Shown here: positions 26,555 through 40,507 of the stretch, one piece after another | How positions within the stretch are numbered: position 1 is the first letter of the stretch | Layout: each line of letters begins with the position of its first letter | Source of the DNA: Novakomyces olei | Lineage: Eukaryota | Reading direction: 5' to 3' | Length of the DNA: 64,000 nucleotides | Assembly (NCBI GenBank): GCA_016906335.1 | Contig: JADEYG010000007.1 | Span: forward strand, 1,488,001 to 1,552,000 | Program-made: the position numbers and the translations under genes | The notes under the pieces: model-generated | Database searches by the model: none | The model's input: only the letters and a program-made list of their open reading frames with translations | What the model was told of the DNA's origin: nothing

Positions 26555-27291
26555 TTAATTTCCGCTGCTTGCACGGCGGCGATCGGCCACGTTCAGCTTC
26601 ACTACGCCTGCGTTCAAGTACGTTGCGTACGTGAGCCATCCGAGGTAAGGAGCCAGCAAGTACCCTGCACGTGGATCGAGATCGTAAAAAGTCTTGGCTG
26701 TCCAAGCAACATCGAGCCAGAGCGTCACAATATCAGCCAGGGCGAGCACAGGACGCCGGAAGCTGAAGAAAGTGGGCATCCACGCGAAATTGAGCAAGAG
26801 CGATACCGAATACAATGCCTTGGCAAGACGGCCTTGTTCAGGCTGGAAAGTTGATGCTTTTACGGCTAAATGCGACGCATAACCCATTGATGCATACAAC
26901 GCTGATGTATTGTTAGATGTGGATTGTTCAACAGCGTTTACGTACCCGTCCATACGGGACCAAAGGCCTTTACACATTAGTGTTGTCATAAAAAGAGGGA
27001 AAAAAGAGATAAAATAAAAGCAAAAAACGTACCCATCGTGGAGGTTCACCCGGAGGCTGTTTCAGAGAAGGGTAATATTCTATTTATCATTAGTATTCCA
27101 ATTGCATCAGGCAACTGGCCGTACCTCGGACAGATTCTAAGAGGTTAGAGATACGTTAATGCAGCTTCTGCCTTACTTTGAGTCAAGAACCCAACTGCTC
27201 CGCCAACAGCGACAGGGAACAAGACAGCAATAGCCGGCTGTTCAAAGAAAATATGCGGCAATGAAAGCCCGGAAAGTCCGACGGCAACCAT
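26555..27291 (-). CDS. TspO/MBR translocator protein; 4 introns with two micro-exons
   Basis: Spliced product [34 protein letters not shown]...LNFAWMPTFF...LLAPYLGWLTYATYLN. Confidence 0.92.
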
Positions 27292-28125
27292 GACTGGGAT
27301 AGATAGTGTTTGATGCTCAGTGAAGTGTGAACCGGTAACCGACGTTTTATAAAGGCACCGTCTGGCAATGACGTCAGTCTCCACAAAAGCCGGGTGTATT
27401 ATTTCTCCAGATTCGTGTTTAATGGATAAGGCACAGCCTATATATATATATATATATTTGCGATTTAACACGGTTTCCAGTAGTATGAATCGAGGGTTTA
27501 TTTTAAATGATGATGTGGGGCGATCTTATAGCGTGATATTTATGTGTGGAGGCTGATCGGCGTGTTTTCCGAACCGAGAATCGGTCGAACCGGTTTCCGG
27601 CGACGGGTTTTAATTGGTTCCCGATGGCATAGTGTAATTTTATCCATACCCGCATATGATCCGTGTGCATTGGCGTGCGAGTTGCGTATCGAACAGTAAT
27701 TTATTACTATCCTGGTTATTTTATAATTATTGAGTTTAGCTTGAACAGTAATTATTACTACCCTCCCTATATTATAATCATCGAGTCTAGTAAGAGAAGA
27801 CAATTGCTGTTTGTATATATGGCTTGATGGGTATTGCAGAAGACACAAAGACGTGATCCAATGGACTCTTTTTTTTTTTGTCACAGCCTATTTTTGGGTT
27901 GTGCGCCATTAGTTTCCGGCACTCGGTCAGATCCACGTGAGACAAACGCTGCACAGTGCCAAAAATATTAAAAATAGTATATAATAAACGCTATTATTAT
28001 ATACAGGGTTTTCTGGACTGTTGCTGCGACAACAATTGTTTATACCACAAACAACAAAATCATCGAGTCTGCCAGTCTTCAAATTAACTTGCACCGTAAA
28101 AGGCATTGCCAAAGGCATTGCAGTC

Positions 28126-30917
28126 ATGAAACTGGACGGGTACAGACGTGGATTAGATCCGCGACCGCCGATACCAACTGCAGAAGCTCTAAATACGAAG
28201 GCGGCCGATAAGGAGAACGTCAATCCTGTTTTAAAGAGTGGAAAAGGACCTTCTGCCGCTATTGAAAACAATCTAGTAAAGAAGAAACGTCGCGGACCCG
28301 TGCTCTGTGATACGCCACCTAATAACTTGAGTGATCTCCGACACCGCAATGAATACTTCCGAGGCGATTGTATCGGAGAGGTACGCTATTCTTGAGTGCT
28401 ATGACTTTGATATTCATCTTTGTATACTGACAATTTTGGTTTAGGGCGGGTTTGCTCGATGTTTCCAAGTGACTGATCGCTATGGCCATAAGTTTGCCGC
28501 TAAGGTTATTGCCAAAAAGTCTTTAGATTCAGAAAAGACTAAAGCCAAGGTACGGTGTTTCAAAGTATTCGATTTGGGCTCTCGCATTTCTGTGCAATTT
28601 TTGATCAGTAACTAACACACATTTGTAAGCTGTTTGGTGAGATTAAAGTCCACCAGAGCATGAGACATAAGCATATTGTCAATTATATCGATTGCTTTGA
28701 AGATCAAGCAAACGTATATCTAGTATTGGAGCTATGTGAAAACAAGGTAAGCACAAGCCAACGGCAATTGCAAAAACTTGTTCCGACTAACCATCAAACA
28801 ATATAGTCGTTATCGGATCTCTTGCGTAGGCGGAAACGGTTAACGGAACCAGAAGTCCGACTCTACCTTCTCCAAATCCTTGGGGCTTTGAAGTATATGC
28901 ATTCAAAACGCGTTATCCATCGCGATTTAAAGCTCGGAAATCTCTTACTCGACGGCTCTATGAACATTAAAATCAGCGACTTTGGTCTGGCCGCTTTGCT
29001 TGCCAGCGAAACTGAGCGCAAGATGACTATCTGCGGTACTCCCAATTATATTGCGCCCGAGATATTGTATGGAAAAGAAGCTGGCCATTCATTTGAAGTA
29101 GACCTTTGGAGTACCGGAATTGTTATGTACGCCATGATATACGGGAAACCTCCTTTTCAGGACAAGGACGTCAAAGTCATATACAAGTAAGTACTATTAT
29201 TCACTTGCTCTTGAAACCACTCGCTAACCTTTGTGTGTTTTCTTGCCGTGAAAGAAAAATCAGGCATGGATTATTAACGTTCCCTGATTCTGTCCCTGTC
29301 TCTGACGAGGCCAAAGATCTAATCCAACAGCTTCTTCACCAAGATCCCCTGTCTCGACCGTCTATGGACGCTATTGCACAGCACGCCTTTTTCTACAGCG
29401 GCCCGGTCTTCAAACGGGTCCCCCTCACAGCTCTTACTGTCGCTCCTCCCTGTCCATTCTATACGGGTCCGCATATCCAGCGAAAAGAAATCGAACTCAT
29501 TTGCAACGAGGCTGGAATAGGACCGGGAAACAATAGGGGCTTTGCATCAGGATCCGCCTTGCAAGCCATCGTGCAGCCTTCAGTCCCCAAGGCAGACACA
29601 CGAGCTTCTTCTCTTTCATCGTCAGCGTCGATGTCTAGGCCACTTGTCCAAACTGCCGCCTTTAGAGTCGCTCAAACCGATCGCATCTTGCCCGAGGCAA
29701 TCAGCCCTCGAGATAAACCGGTGTCGGTAATGCAGACAAAAGCCAGGGGACCGCCAAAGACTTCCATTAGCAGCAAATTGAAGGCTTGCCATGACGAGCA
29801 AGTTGCAACCAGTGCTAACACTAGCACTAATATGAATACAGTAAATGTCAAGTACAGTAAATCCCCCGAGACAACTTGGCAGACTGCCAACGAAGTCGAC
29901 CCTTCAGCGCTTGGAAGCACGGCCACCTCGAAGCAGCCGCACTCTGCCAAGAATCTGACTGGAGGCCGTCCTGCTGATTACAATACGCGAACGAGTGGGA
30001 GTAAACCTGCAGTTATACCCACGGAGCCGGGGCCGAAAAGCCGCGGTCCTACTCTAGCACACGGCTCTTATCCGAGTGCGAGCAAGCGTGAAGCAGAAAC
30101 AGTTAATCAAACTAGAGAAAACGAGACAAAAAGTGGGCTAAAAAGCAAAGAGACCAGCGAAAGCGCAGGACAGGAACAGGACGATGGCCAGCATCGTCGT
30201 ATATCCACACGGTACCCGTACATTGTGAATAGTGCCACTCGCGACAGCATTAGAGATATTGTAAATAGAATAATGCGGGTTACAGCAAACGGCACACAGC
30301 CCCTCTACTCTACTACAAGAGTCGTGCAGCGGCCTTTCCTTAACAAATGGGTCGATTACTCTCACCGCTACGGACTGGGCTATGAATTAAACAATGGATC
30401 TGTCGGTGTTTATTTCAATGACGACACGACGCTTTTGCTCTTTGCTAATCAGACTGATATTGCTTACTTGACTCCGGCAACTGCCAATGGCACCGCACAA
30501 GGAATACTGCGTGCCACTGTGCTCGAGTACCCGAGCCATCTGAAGAAAAAAGTATACCTGCTAAACAGTTTTCGGTCGTTTATGCAAAGCCGATTGGATT
30601 CGACTGCTTGTGGAGGGAAAGGTGATAGTAAGGAGGTCACGTATGATCAGCAATTACCTCTACATTTATCTCATTTTATACGTGATCCACAAGTTACACT
30701 GTTTCGGTTTAGCGATGGCAGTGTGCAAGCAAACTTTACGGATCATCGTAAAGTCTCCATTTACGCGCCAACAGGGATGCAATTAATTACTGAAGAAAAA
30801 AGGTCGTTTTATTACAGCCGTGACTCACGTATTTCCCCGACCGATTTGAGCATTGACGGATTCGATATGCGTCTTGGGAAAGTATGTGAACTCGTTGAAA
30901 ACTGGTTGCGGCATTAG
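28126..30917 (+). CDS. plo1: Polo-like kinase (Plo1/Cdc5); 4 introns
   Basis: [35 protein letters not shown]; polo boxes [13 protein letters not shown] and QANFTDHRK. Confidence 0.97.
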
Positions 30918-31687
30918 TGGAGCCTTGCGGCATTATACCCAATTATTTTATAATGAATCTGGCATACATTCAGGCATTGTTTTGTTTTTTATCATTTTAT
31001 TTTAGCCATGGTCTAGTCAATTTAGTCTTGTCAATTATATTGGCGGTTCCCTTGAATAGTGGTGCATCAATCATATTATGTTGGCGATAGATAGGGTGAA
31101 AGCCTTCTTTCATATCAACTTTGAACGCCAGAGACGTGCTTTAAAACGGTCTTACAGAGACGAACAAGAATAATCAAATGGTTCATGAAGCATACCGTGA
31201 ATGGAATGTATGTCTGTCTATCCCAAAACTAATTTGCTTGTCAACAGCCCTACATTATACAAGCTTCTGCATTACTCGAGCTGAGAATGAATAACTCAAC
31301 CCCCACGCAGAGCACAGCACATTAAGAAGACACACAAAAGACAAGACAAGATGCGACAATATTAATATTAGCTTTAAAAATTTTAAGAGTCTGCAAAACT
31401 GTTTTCCTCTTGGCACTTGAAGCGTGACAGAGAGTGTATGATAAAACACAAATTATTTGGTACAAAAACATAATAGATAATTAGCACAAACAACTTATTA
31501 AATCCAAAAAATAAAAATGGAAGATGCGACTCGAGGAGACAATGAGCTTGCCCTTCTAGTCTCGTGCAAATCTTGTTCATTCCCTCTTCAATTCTATCGA
31601 TGCACCATATTTTTAAACATGTCTTTTTAAGAGATATGAAAACGGCAGGCAGCAATAAAACAATAAAGGCAAAAACGATCCTGCGTT

Positions 31688-33151
31688 TTACTTTTTCACT
31701 TCATAAGAGCGCCTAAACATATCGTCAATCTTGGTAAGATAAAACGTTCCAGCGGCAATACGTTCAACGTCGCCCTGTGGAGTGTAGTTCTTGGCCAAAT
31801 GGGCATTATGGCGTAACTCTACAGCCTTTTCATATTCCTCCGGAGAAAGAACAAGACGGCTGTCCAATCGAGCCTTGAGGTCGGCACAACGTGCCAATTT
31901 GGTCACGTCGCCTTTGACATGAATGGCAAAGACACTAGCAGCCAATCCAGACCCGTAGGAAAAAACGCCGATACGCTTTCCCTGCAAGTCTCCAGCACTG
32001 ATCTGGCTCAGCAGGCTCAGCAGGCAAGTATAAACGCAAGCAGAGTAAGAGTTCCCAATATTTTCCGGGGCCAGAATAGTAGGCGAAACGCGTGCCTTGT
32101 ATTTCTCCTTGGACAGCGTAATGAGAGCCTTTTCAATGTTTTTGTCCGACAAAGTTGTTTCATAGTTCATGCTGCCAAACTGCTTTTTAAACTCGGCAAA
32201 CTGTGGAGCGGAAGGATCAGCCAAGAAATCTGAGTAGGCAAGACGGCCATAGGCCTTGGCTGTCTGCTTACAGGTTGGAGCATGGAAACAGAAATAGTCA
32301 AACCGGTCGAGGCCAGATGCATCGGACGCGGAGAGAGTATTACCATTATTCAGCCTGGCCTTTGACTTTTTGTTATAAGCTTGGTAGGCCTTGTCAAGGG
32401 CGCGCAGGTAGCACGATACAGAGTAATGCCCGTCCACGACGGGGTACTCGCTAGTGAAATCTGGTTTGTAGAAATCGTACGCGTGCTGCATAAAAGTACC
32501 GTGCACAGGTTCCACTACCAATGGAGCATCCGGACCAATCAGCATCGCTACAATTCCAGCTCCGCCAGTGGGACGAGCGTTACCCTTGGCGTAAAGCGCA
32601 ATGTCTCCACTGACGACAATAGCATCGCGTCCGTCCCACGACGAAGATTCGACCCAATTGATCGCGTTAAATAGAGCACTTGTGCCTCCATAACACGCGT
32701 TTATGGTATCGACACCCTCAATATCTGTATTGTCTCCAAAGAGCTGCATAAGAACCGTCTTGACAGATTTGGATTTGTCGATAATTGTCTCGGTACCGAC
32801 CTCGAGGCGGCCGATACTGCGCGTATCAATGTCATTATTCTTCAATAATCGCGAGAGAACAGTAAGCGCCATAGAGTATATATCCTCGCGGTCGTCACAG
32901 TAGCCCATCTTGTTAAGGCCGAGGCCGATAGTGTACTTTCCAGCCGCGATACCATCAAACTTTTCCAGTTCGGACTGCTCAACGCACTATAATTGTCAGT
33001 TCCTTTCTCTTTTCCTTGGGTGTTTGGTCTTGGTTTCATAATTTGGTTTTCATATTTGTTTTCGTAAACGTGACGGATTGTTTAGTCTGCCTACCTGGTT
33101 CGGGAAGTAGATATCGATGGCTTTGATGCCGATATTTTGTGGGCGAGTCAT
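31688..33151 (-). CDS. ERG13: HMG-CoA synthase; 1 intron
   Basis: MTRPQNIGIKAIDIYFP, GRLEVGTETIIDKSKSVK, active site NACYGGT, YDFYKP. Confidence 0.98.
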
Positions 33152-33985
33152 TTCAGAAGAATTGTACGTATAAAGCTGTGATGGCTTTGGTCGGACTCTT
33201 GCAAACCTGGTTTATAAAGCGTCCTCGCCTATTATTTATTCCCAAATATACGATCTAGATGTGGGCCTAGTTACCACTTCACTAGTACACTGGTAATAAA
33301 TACACTGGTAATACTTTGGCGCTATATTAATTTATTGGCGACACGAGTCGGGCATACAAATAATAGTACATTGATTAAACTTTTAAGAATTAAATGTCTA
33401 CATTCGGGTCGTATGTGTCTATTTGAGGTACAGAAAAGCAAAAGTTTCGGTAGTGCTATAAAAGTATGTGTAGTACGCGACTTTTTACACCAAACGCAGT
33501 CGGCTATGGTGCAACTTAGAGTCTTGCCGAGCATGAAGGCGATAATTATGAATGGCGCAGGCACTGAATTGCCGCCATACAGATGCGCGTACCTTACCGG
33601 ACTGCGTAACGTGTCTCCACTCTGCATGCTAGTTCAAATAATTAATATTAGTATTATAAAATCACGTTGAAACTTTATGTTGTAAGACAAGAGTGTCAAA
33701 ATTAAAGTATAGCATAAATTATTTGAATGTCATATACGTCGTCTGTTTATGCCTGTTTATATTCATAAGTAATAATGTAATTTATTAAAGCCGAATACAA
33801 AACTTTTCTAGATTCGATTACTTGGAATTACGAGGGCTCCGTAGAATTCGAAAAGATACGGGTGCCCGTGACTTTATATATATATCAGTATATTTATGTA
33901 TATATGTCTATTATACATTATAAATAAATATAAAACTAGTTCTCGCAACTTCATCGAGTTCGAACAACCAAATCTGCCCTTCGTA

Positions 33986-34639
33986 ATGGCCTCGCATTTG
34001 GCATCGATTTATGGCACAGAGCACGATAAAGTAAACTGCTCTTTCTACAACAAAATTGGCGCCTGCCGGCACGGAGATAAATGCAGCCGAAAGCACGTGC
34101 ATCCCTCTTATTCACAAACGATACTTTGTCCAAACTTGTACAGAAACCCTACTCAGCAGCCTGAAAATGCTGGCAAACGGTTCTCCGCAGAGACAGTACA
34201 GAAGGATTTCGATCAATTTTACACAGACATATATTGCGAATTGGCGAAATACGGCGAACTAGAAGAGCTCGTTGTATGCGACAATATTGGCGATCATTTG
34301 ATTGGAAACGTCTATGCTCGATACGCTCTCGAGGAAGAGGCTCAGAGGGCCGTTGACGCTTTAAATGCGCGGTGGTTTGCAAGTCGTCCGGTCTATGCTG
34401 AGCTTTCGCCGGTCACAGATTTTCATGAGGCTTGTTGCCGGCAGAACGAGACTGGCGACTGCCGTCGCGGCGGAGTCTGTAACTTTATGCATACGAAAAA
34501 GCCCACACCCTCACTTGAAAACGATTTAGAGTTATCACAGCGGAAGAGTATTTTTGTTCGCACTGGAAAAGTGTCATCCGCACGTTCGTCTTCGCCCTCA
34601 CCGCCTCCAAGGGGGCGTATGGCTTATCGGTACGGTTAG
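33986..34639 (+). CDS. uaf2: U2AF small subunit (U2AF35/U2AF23)
   Basis: MASHLASIYGTEHDKVNCSFYNKIGACRHGDKCSRKH, DHLIGNVY, ELSPVTDFHEACCRQ; intronless. Confidence 0.97.
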   Translation: MASHLASIYGTEHDKVNCSFYNKIGACRHGDKCSRKHVHPSYSQTILCPNLYRNPTQQPENAGKRFSAETVQKDFDQFYTDIYCELAKYGELEELVVCDNIGDHLIGNVYARYALEEEAQRAVDALNARWFASRPVYAELSPVTDFHEACCRQNETGDCRRGGVCNFMHTKKPTPSLENDLELSQRKSIFVRTGKVSSARSSSPSPPPRGRMAYRYG

Positions 34640-35059
34640 AGCAATGACGATTGTATTTGATTTGATATTTATGGGATACCTGAATGACTCATTTTATTGC
34701 TCGAAATTGTGGCGTTAGGATTGGTGGAGTGCGAAGATAGAGCAGTTTTCTTTGGCATAAAATAGCCATACTGTCGTTTATTTAGCGTAATATCATTGTG
34801 TCCATGCATCATGCTCATTGTGCAATAGGAGAGACATAGAGTAAAGGCCTGTTGGAATCGGAAATGATAAAGAAATTAAAGAAAACAAGATAAAAGTGAT
34901 AACAGTGGATAATGCAAAACCTGAAGCAAAACACGAATCAAGCCTACCATCTAATCCTACAATTACATATCTGCTCCGGATAATCCAGTGTAAAATCTAC
35001 TGATCCCAATTTGAAACTAAAGTAGAATCTAGAGAAAAAAAATCAAGTATTAATGACAT

Positions 35060-36040
35060 CTACAGACGCTGCTCAAAGTCAAAATAGTTTTTGTCAAAGT
35101 ACTGCACTCGGATAAGACCATCCTCGCCACCCGAAGCGTACCCACTACCGTCCGGGTGAACAGAAATAGTATTTAGAGGCCCGAAATGGCCACGGACGCG
35201 TCCCAGTTCCTCTTCAAAGATAATATGATAAATTCTGGCCTCAAACCGTCCCTGGCGAGCAGCGGTTGTTGTAACATCACGGGCTTCCTGACCACCACCA
35301 AGGATCACAAAATCCTTGTGTGGTGTGAACGCAGCACTATTGAGCGGAGTATCAGTCTGGAAAGTTTTGATGCATTGCAAAGTCTCCACGTCCAAAATCC
35401 GTGCAGTTTTATCCTTGGATGAAGTAATGAAATAAGTCCGGTCTGAAGAAAATTGGATATCCGTAACCGCGGCCTCGTGCACCCGCTCTCGCTTATTAAT
35501 TTCCCCAGTTTTTGCGTCGTACTGGGAAACACTGCCGTCTTCGTGTCCCGTGATAATGTACTTGTTTATAATACTCCATCCGGCAACCGTCGCCTTTGAG
35601 CCCGAAGTCGGGATAACCAGAGCGGGCTCTGATGCTTGCTCGGCCTCGGTGGAGTTTACAATAGGGAAAACGGTTACCGTACCCACGTGGCCCATACGTT
35701 CCTCCGTTACGGCAAGAACAGCTGTGTCGTCCTCATTGAACTCGACGCGCTTGACTGCGGTAGAAAACTCCCAGACCATTAAGCATTCGCCTGTTTGGAC
35801 GTTCCAGAGCCTCATAGAATTGTCAGCGGCCCCAGAAGCCAACAGCTGTGAATCTGCAGTCACGTCTATCGTCCACAGGGCTCCGTTGTGACCTTCAAAC
35901 GTACCCAGCCGTTCGCCATTGTGTGAGAACCATGCATTAATAACGTGGTCCTTGGACACAGAGAACAGCAAGTCTCCGTCCACGTTAAATTTTATCTGCG
36001 TTAGCGACCGCGTATGGCCCTGCAGGACAATCGGCCTCAT
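35060..36040 (-). CDS. TIF34: eIF3 subunit I (WD40)
   Basis: [54 protein letters not shown] at 36040. Confidence 0.98.
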   Translation of the reverse strand: MRPIVLQGHTRSLTQIKFNVDGDLLFSVSKDHVINAWFSHNGERLGTFEGHNGALWTIDVTADSQLLASGAADNSMRLWNVQTGECLMVWEFSTAVKRVEFNEDDTAVLAVTEERMGHVGTVTVFPIVNSTEAEQASEPALVIPTSGSKATVAGWSIINKYIITGHEDGSVSQYDAKTGEINKRERVHEAAVTDIQFSSDRTYFITSSKDKTARILDVETLQCIKTFQTDTPLNSAAFTPHKDFVILGGGQEARDVTTTAARQGRFEARIYHIIFEEELGRVRGHFGPLNTISVHPDGSGYASGGEDGLIRVQYFDKNYFDFEQRL

Positions 36041-36807
36041 AGTGTGGTGTTGAAATCTTTTTTCCCTGCCAAATTTTGGTGTATTATACAGATCAAAGAC
36101 ACAATATTGTACTGGTATTCTATGGGGAATAGAGACGTTCTTGCGTACTATAATTTGTATATTTTGAGTATAATTTGAGTATAATTTGAGTTTAATATGC
36201 CCAATGGTTTGCCCTTCCAAGTGTACTTGTAGACTCGTATATTCGTTCAAGTAACCCAACTATTGTATGGCGTTGAAGTGTATTATTTTATGCTCTACTT
36301 TATGTAAATGTAACCAGTAGCAGACAAGTAAGCTTGAACGCTCTACAAAATTGAAATCTGGTATGCTACCGCGTAAAATTGCTATAATTCAAACCGCTCG
36401 TTTCCCATTACTTGGTAACTTACATATGAAATATTGATCCGGGTTTTCTTTCCCTCGAATCACATGCGACTAGATTAGGTAATGTAGGCGACCTCAAATT
36501 GCTGTTTGTAAACCGCGACATGGTACATTGTCCGACATGAACCTGCAAGAATGCTGCGTTTCTTTGACACGGGGGCTTCAAATTACAATGAAACCCTTCA
36601 GTATCTAATTGAAAAAAAAATGAATTCAATTTGGGCCTGATTTAGTGCCAGAATTGGCCAAGATTTTTGAAACACTAATGCCAGCCTCCTCAGTGCCGAA
36701 TCGTTTATTATTAAAAGCGACGAGGGGAGCATTGGGAAAAATGGAAAAAAGTGTACCGCGAAGCGCAGCTCAAAGCCTTCTGGCAAAGTTCGTTCTTTAC
36801 CATTGTA

Positions 36808-38580
36808 ATGAAACGGCACGTTCTTTTGTTGCTTTGGCTGCTGCCGGCGGCAGCTAATGCTTTTTTTCGCGTCTACTGCCAAAAACCTCTGGTGCTCGAA
36901 CGAATTGACCCTATTGTCTCGCCCGACTTGATTTCAAGTCATGTTCATACGGTTGTGGGTGCTCAGAATGTGAATTTTAGCAGCACTTATGACGAGCTAC
37001 TAGAGTCACAGTGTTCGACGTGTCAGCTTAAAGAAGACAAGAGTGTCTATTGGGCTCCCAGTTTATACTACTACAATCGGTCGTCCGAAGATTTCATAAA
37101 TGTGCCGTCTGTTGGTGGTGCTACAATTTATTACATTCAGCGGACGGAATCGTATCTGCCCTCAACGGAGGTTATTCACCCTTTTCCCCCAGGATTTCGT
37201 ATGCTAGCGGGTAACATGATGAAGAGGTCTTATGCCGGCAACATGGAAGCCCAAGCAGTAGCTTTTACTTGCCTCAATTATTCTGGGCAAGCACAGCATT
37301 TTCAAAGCATGCCAAATATCAATTGCCCAAACGGTCTGAGGGCAGAAGTACGATTCCCAAATTGCTGGGACGGTGTAAACTTGGACTCGGCCGATCACAA
37401 GTCCCATGTTACGTATCCTTCTCAGCAGGATAATTTTGGAGTCTGTCCTCAGTCCCATCCTTATCGAATAATGACTCTACTGTACGAGTTTATTTTCGAT
37501 ACGAACCAGTTCAAGGACGAATGGTACGGGGGCACACACCCTTTTGTTTTTTCCATGGGTGACCCGACTGGTTACGGGTTTCATGGAGACTTTTTGAATG
37601 GATGGGAGCAGGAGACGCTTCAACGGGCTATAACTAACTGCACACAAGACTCGGGGTTAGTTCATTTCGTTCATATATATCGGCTTTTGTTTTCTCATTT
37701 ACCTCTTCTTCATTCTTTATGCCTCAATTATAAATATGCCTTATTCAAATTTATAATTAAAGTTCTATTTCAATCTGGTTTTGTCTTGTGTCTTTAAACC
37801 AATACTAACCCCAACAGAGACTTGAAAGATTGCCCCGGAACTCTGGAATTGGGCACAGATATTTTGGATTTGTGGACACCTCCCGTGTCAACATGCTCAA
37901 GACAATCTGCGCTGGACGAGGTGGTCACCGGAAACGTTGGCAAAAAACTGCCTGGTAATAATCCTGTTCAAAGCGGACCAGAAGACGCGACAATAGGATC
38001 TTTTAATTCCATTTTACCTTGGAACAGGCCGAGAACGGTTTCAGTCGCGACTCCATCTACTACTTTACAGGCCTCTTCGACTGTTGCCCAAGATGGAGTT
38101 TCCACTTCTTCTCCCTCTTCTCCCTCTTCTCCCTCTTCTCCCTCTTCTCCCTCTTCTCCCTCTTCTCCCTCTTCTCCCTCTTCTCCCTCTTCTCCCTCTT
38201 CTCCCTCTTCTCCCTCTTCTCCCTCTTCTCCCTCTTCTCCCTCTTCTCCCTCTTCTCCCTCTTCTCCCTCTTCCTCTTCTCCCTCTTCTCCCTCTTCCTC
38301 TTCTCCCTCTTCCTCTTCTCCCTCTTCTCCCTCTTCTCCCTCTTCTCCCTCTTCTTCTTCGTCCTACACCCCACCAAGAACGGAACCAGCCAGTGTCACT
38401 TCCAATACTATCGCACAATCGTCAACGGCTTCACCCACTACATCTTTAACTTCAGCTAGTGCGGCAATTACTACCTCAAGCTCACAAACTACTCTAAATT
38501 TAACGAATCTTGATTACACGTTATTTCCGCCAATTTTTTACACGACATCCTCCGGAGTTTTTAATACGGTTCTGCCATGA
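36808..38580 (+). CDS. Secreted DUF1996-family protein with Ser/Pro/Thr-rich tail; 1 intron
   Basis: Signal peptide MKRHVLLLLWLLPAAANA; RIDPIVSP, DKSVYWAP, FPNCWDGVNLDSADHKSHV, GDPTGYGFHGDFLNGW; GTTAGT...CAG intron joins DSG|DLKDCP. Confidence 0.92.
38105..38358. repeat. Coding 9-bp tandem repeat (CCCTCTTCT)n encoding (PSS)n; polypyrimidine on +
   Basis: Direct reading; about 250 nt containing only C and T. Confidence 0.97.
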
Positions 38581-38912
38581 TCAATTTTAATGATGATTCG
38601 CGTTTTAGTTCAGATTGTATTTGTCGTCATACAACGTTTTACGTCGCCCCGGTATGGCAACTTGTACTAGTCTATCCTTAGGGCCAGGGCCGACTTGGGT
38701 TATGGCAAAAGGCCAAATTTTATGGTGATGTGGAAAAACAAAAATAGATAGATATTAATTAATCAATTGAATATAATAAATAGTGAAGCACAGCAAGATC
38801 CAAAGACATACCCAGTCCAGCAATCTTTTGTGATCATTCATTTTCAACGTGCATCGCATATTTTATTACACATATCTACATGTAATCGCTTGTAAATTTT
38901 CTAATTTCAACT

Positions 38913-40507
38913 CTAATAAAACGCCAGGTTATCACGGTGTGCAACATATTCCGTATCACTGTAGCCAATAATCGACTCCATCTCTGTACTGCGAGATCCC
39001 TTTATCCGATCAATTTCCATACTGGAATAGTTTACAACTGCCTTGCCAATAATACGCGGGGTTCCCCCATCTTTTCCTGCAACAGATAGCAAAACAGCTT
39101 CTTGAGCAGCAAAATGGCCTTGAACCTCAACGATTCCTACGGGAAGTAACCCCGCCCTGTTTTGCCGAGTCAGGGCCTTGTAAGCACCGAAATCAACAAC
39201 AATTTGACCTGAAGCTGGAATTGTATGCAAAAGCCAAAACGTTCTATCGCTCACACGGTGCTCTTTTGCCAGGAAGCGTGTATGCAGAGGACATTCTCCG
39301 CCGTACTTGTTACTAGTTGCCGTAGAACCGGGTATACTTGGCTGGGGCACAGTCGCACTTTTCGTTTCCTCCGACACACCCGTAGGGTCATGGGTACTAC
39401 TGATACACGATTTTTCCAGCTTTTCTTCCAACTCGCCCTTATCTACTTGTGCTTCCTCTTCGCGTTGAATATGGTGGACAATACGGAAAATGTTTGAGGG
39501 GGACGATCCGTTAAGAATGATCGTAGTGACTCCCGCTGACGTAGCAAGTTCAGCGGCAACTAGTTTAGTCGACATCCCACCGGTGCCGACACTGCTGCCT
39601 ACTGTGGAGACTAGTAGGATAGTTAGAGAGGAGAAGACATAAATATACAAAGCAAATACCATTTGCCTTGTCTTTAATAGCTCGAATATCGGCAACAATG
39701 CGAATAGGCGTTGCCTCTGGATGCGTCCTTGGATTGTCCGTGTAGAGGCAGTCTACGTCTGTCATTAAGAAGAGATAATCTGCTCCAACCATTGCCGCAG
39801 TAATGGCGGAGAGTGTGTCGTTGTCACCAAACCGAATTTCTTGGATTGCCAGAGTATCATTCTCATTAACAATAGGGATAACTCCGGCAGATAGTAATTC
39901 GGAAAACGTATTTGCCGCATTCAAATATTGTGAGCGCTGTCATTAGCTACAAAATCACAAGAATCTGACTTGATTTTACGACCGTCCTTACATCAGCAAC
40001 ATCGTGTCTTGTTAATAGTATTTGAGCAATTGGCTGCCGTAATTGGTCGAAAAGATCGTCCCACAGCCGGATTAGCCGGCATTGGCCTACTGCCGATAAC
40101 GCCTGTTCATTAGCAATTTTGCATTTTTTATTCTTCTATATTGACTGTTTGCTTTTTCTCATTATCAACTGCTAATTCTTGTGTTCCATGTTTTATATTA
40201 TATATCCCATTGTTGGATCAGCCTCCACGCAAGCTTACCTGAACTGCTGCAATCTTTTTCGGTCTTTTGGGCTTATCCAGCCGCCGTAATCCCATAGCAA
40301 TCCCGCCAGAGGAGACAATAACGACCCTATGACCATCGCGCTTAAGCTGCACGGCCGTTTCCACTAAAAGCGACAAGTTTGAGATCAATGGCTCCCGCGT
40401 TCGTTCATCGCAGATGGAAGAAGTGCCTTTGAATTAGAATTATACGATCTGTTTGGCTTACCCAGTTTAATTACAATCGTATAGCACTTTAGTTTGCGGT
40501 CCACCAT
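38913..40507 (-). CDS. PRO1: Glutamate 5-kinase with C-terminal PUA domain; 4 introns
   Basis: [62 protein letters not shown]. Confidence 0.96.

Noticed and set aside
33463-33476. GTGTAGTA resembling the U2 snRNA branch-pairing sequence
   Set aside because: The flanking U2 sequence and an Sm site are absent.
33986-34639. Altered U2AF small subunit as the cause of relaxed acceptors
   Set aside because: The zinc-finger residues equivalent to S34 (CSR) and Q157 (CCRQ) are conserved; no obvious change is visible.
38019-38459. Alternative-frame (SLF)n, (REK)n, (RRG)n and (LLP)n ORFs
   Set aside because: Shadows of the 9-bp coding repeat in the DUF1996 gene.
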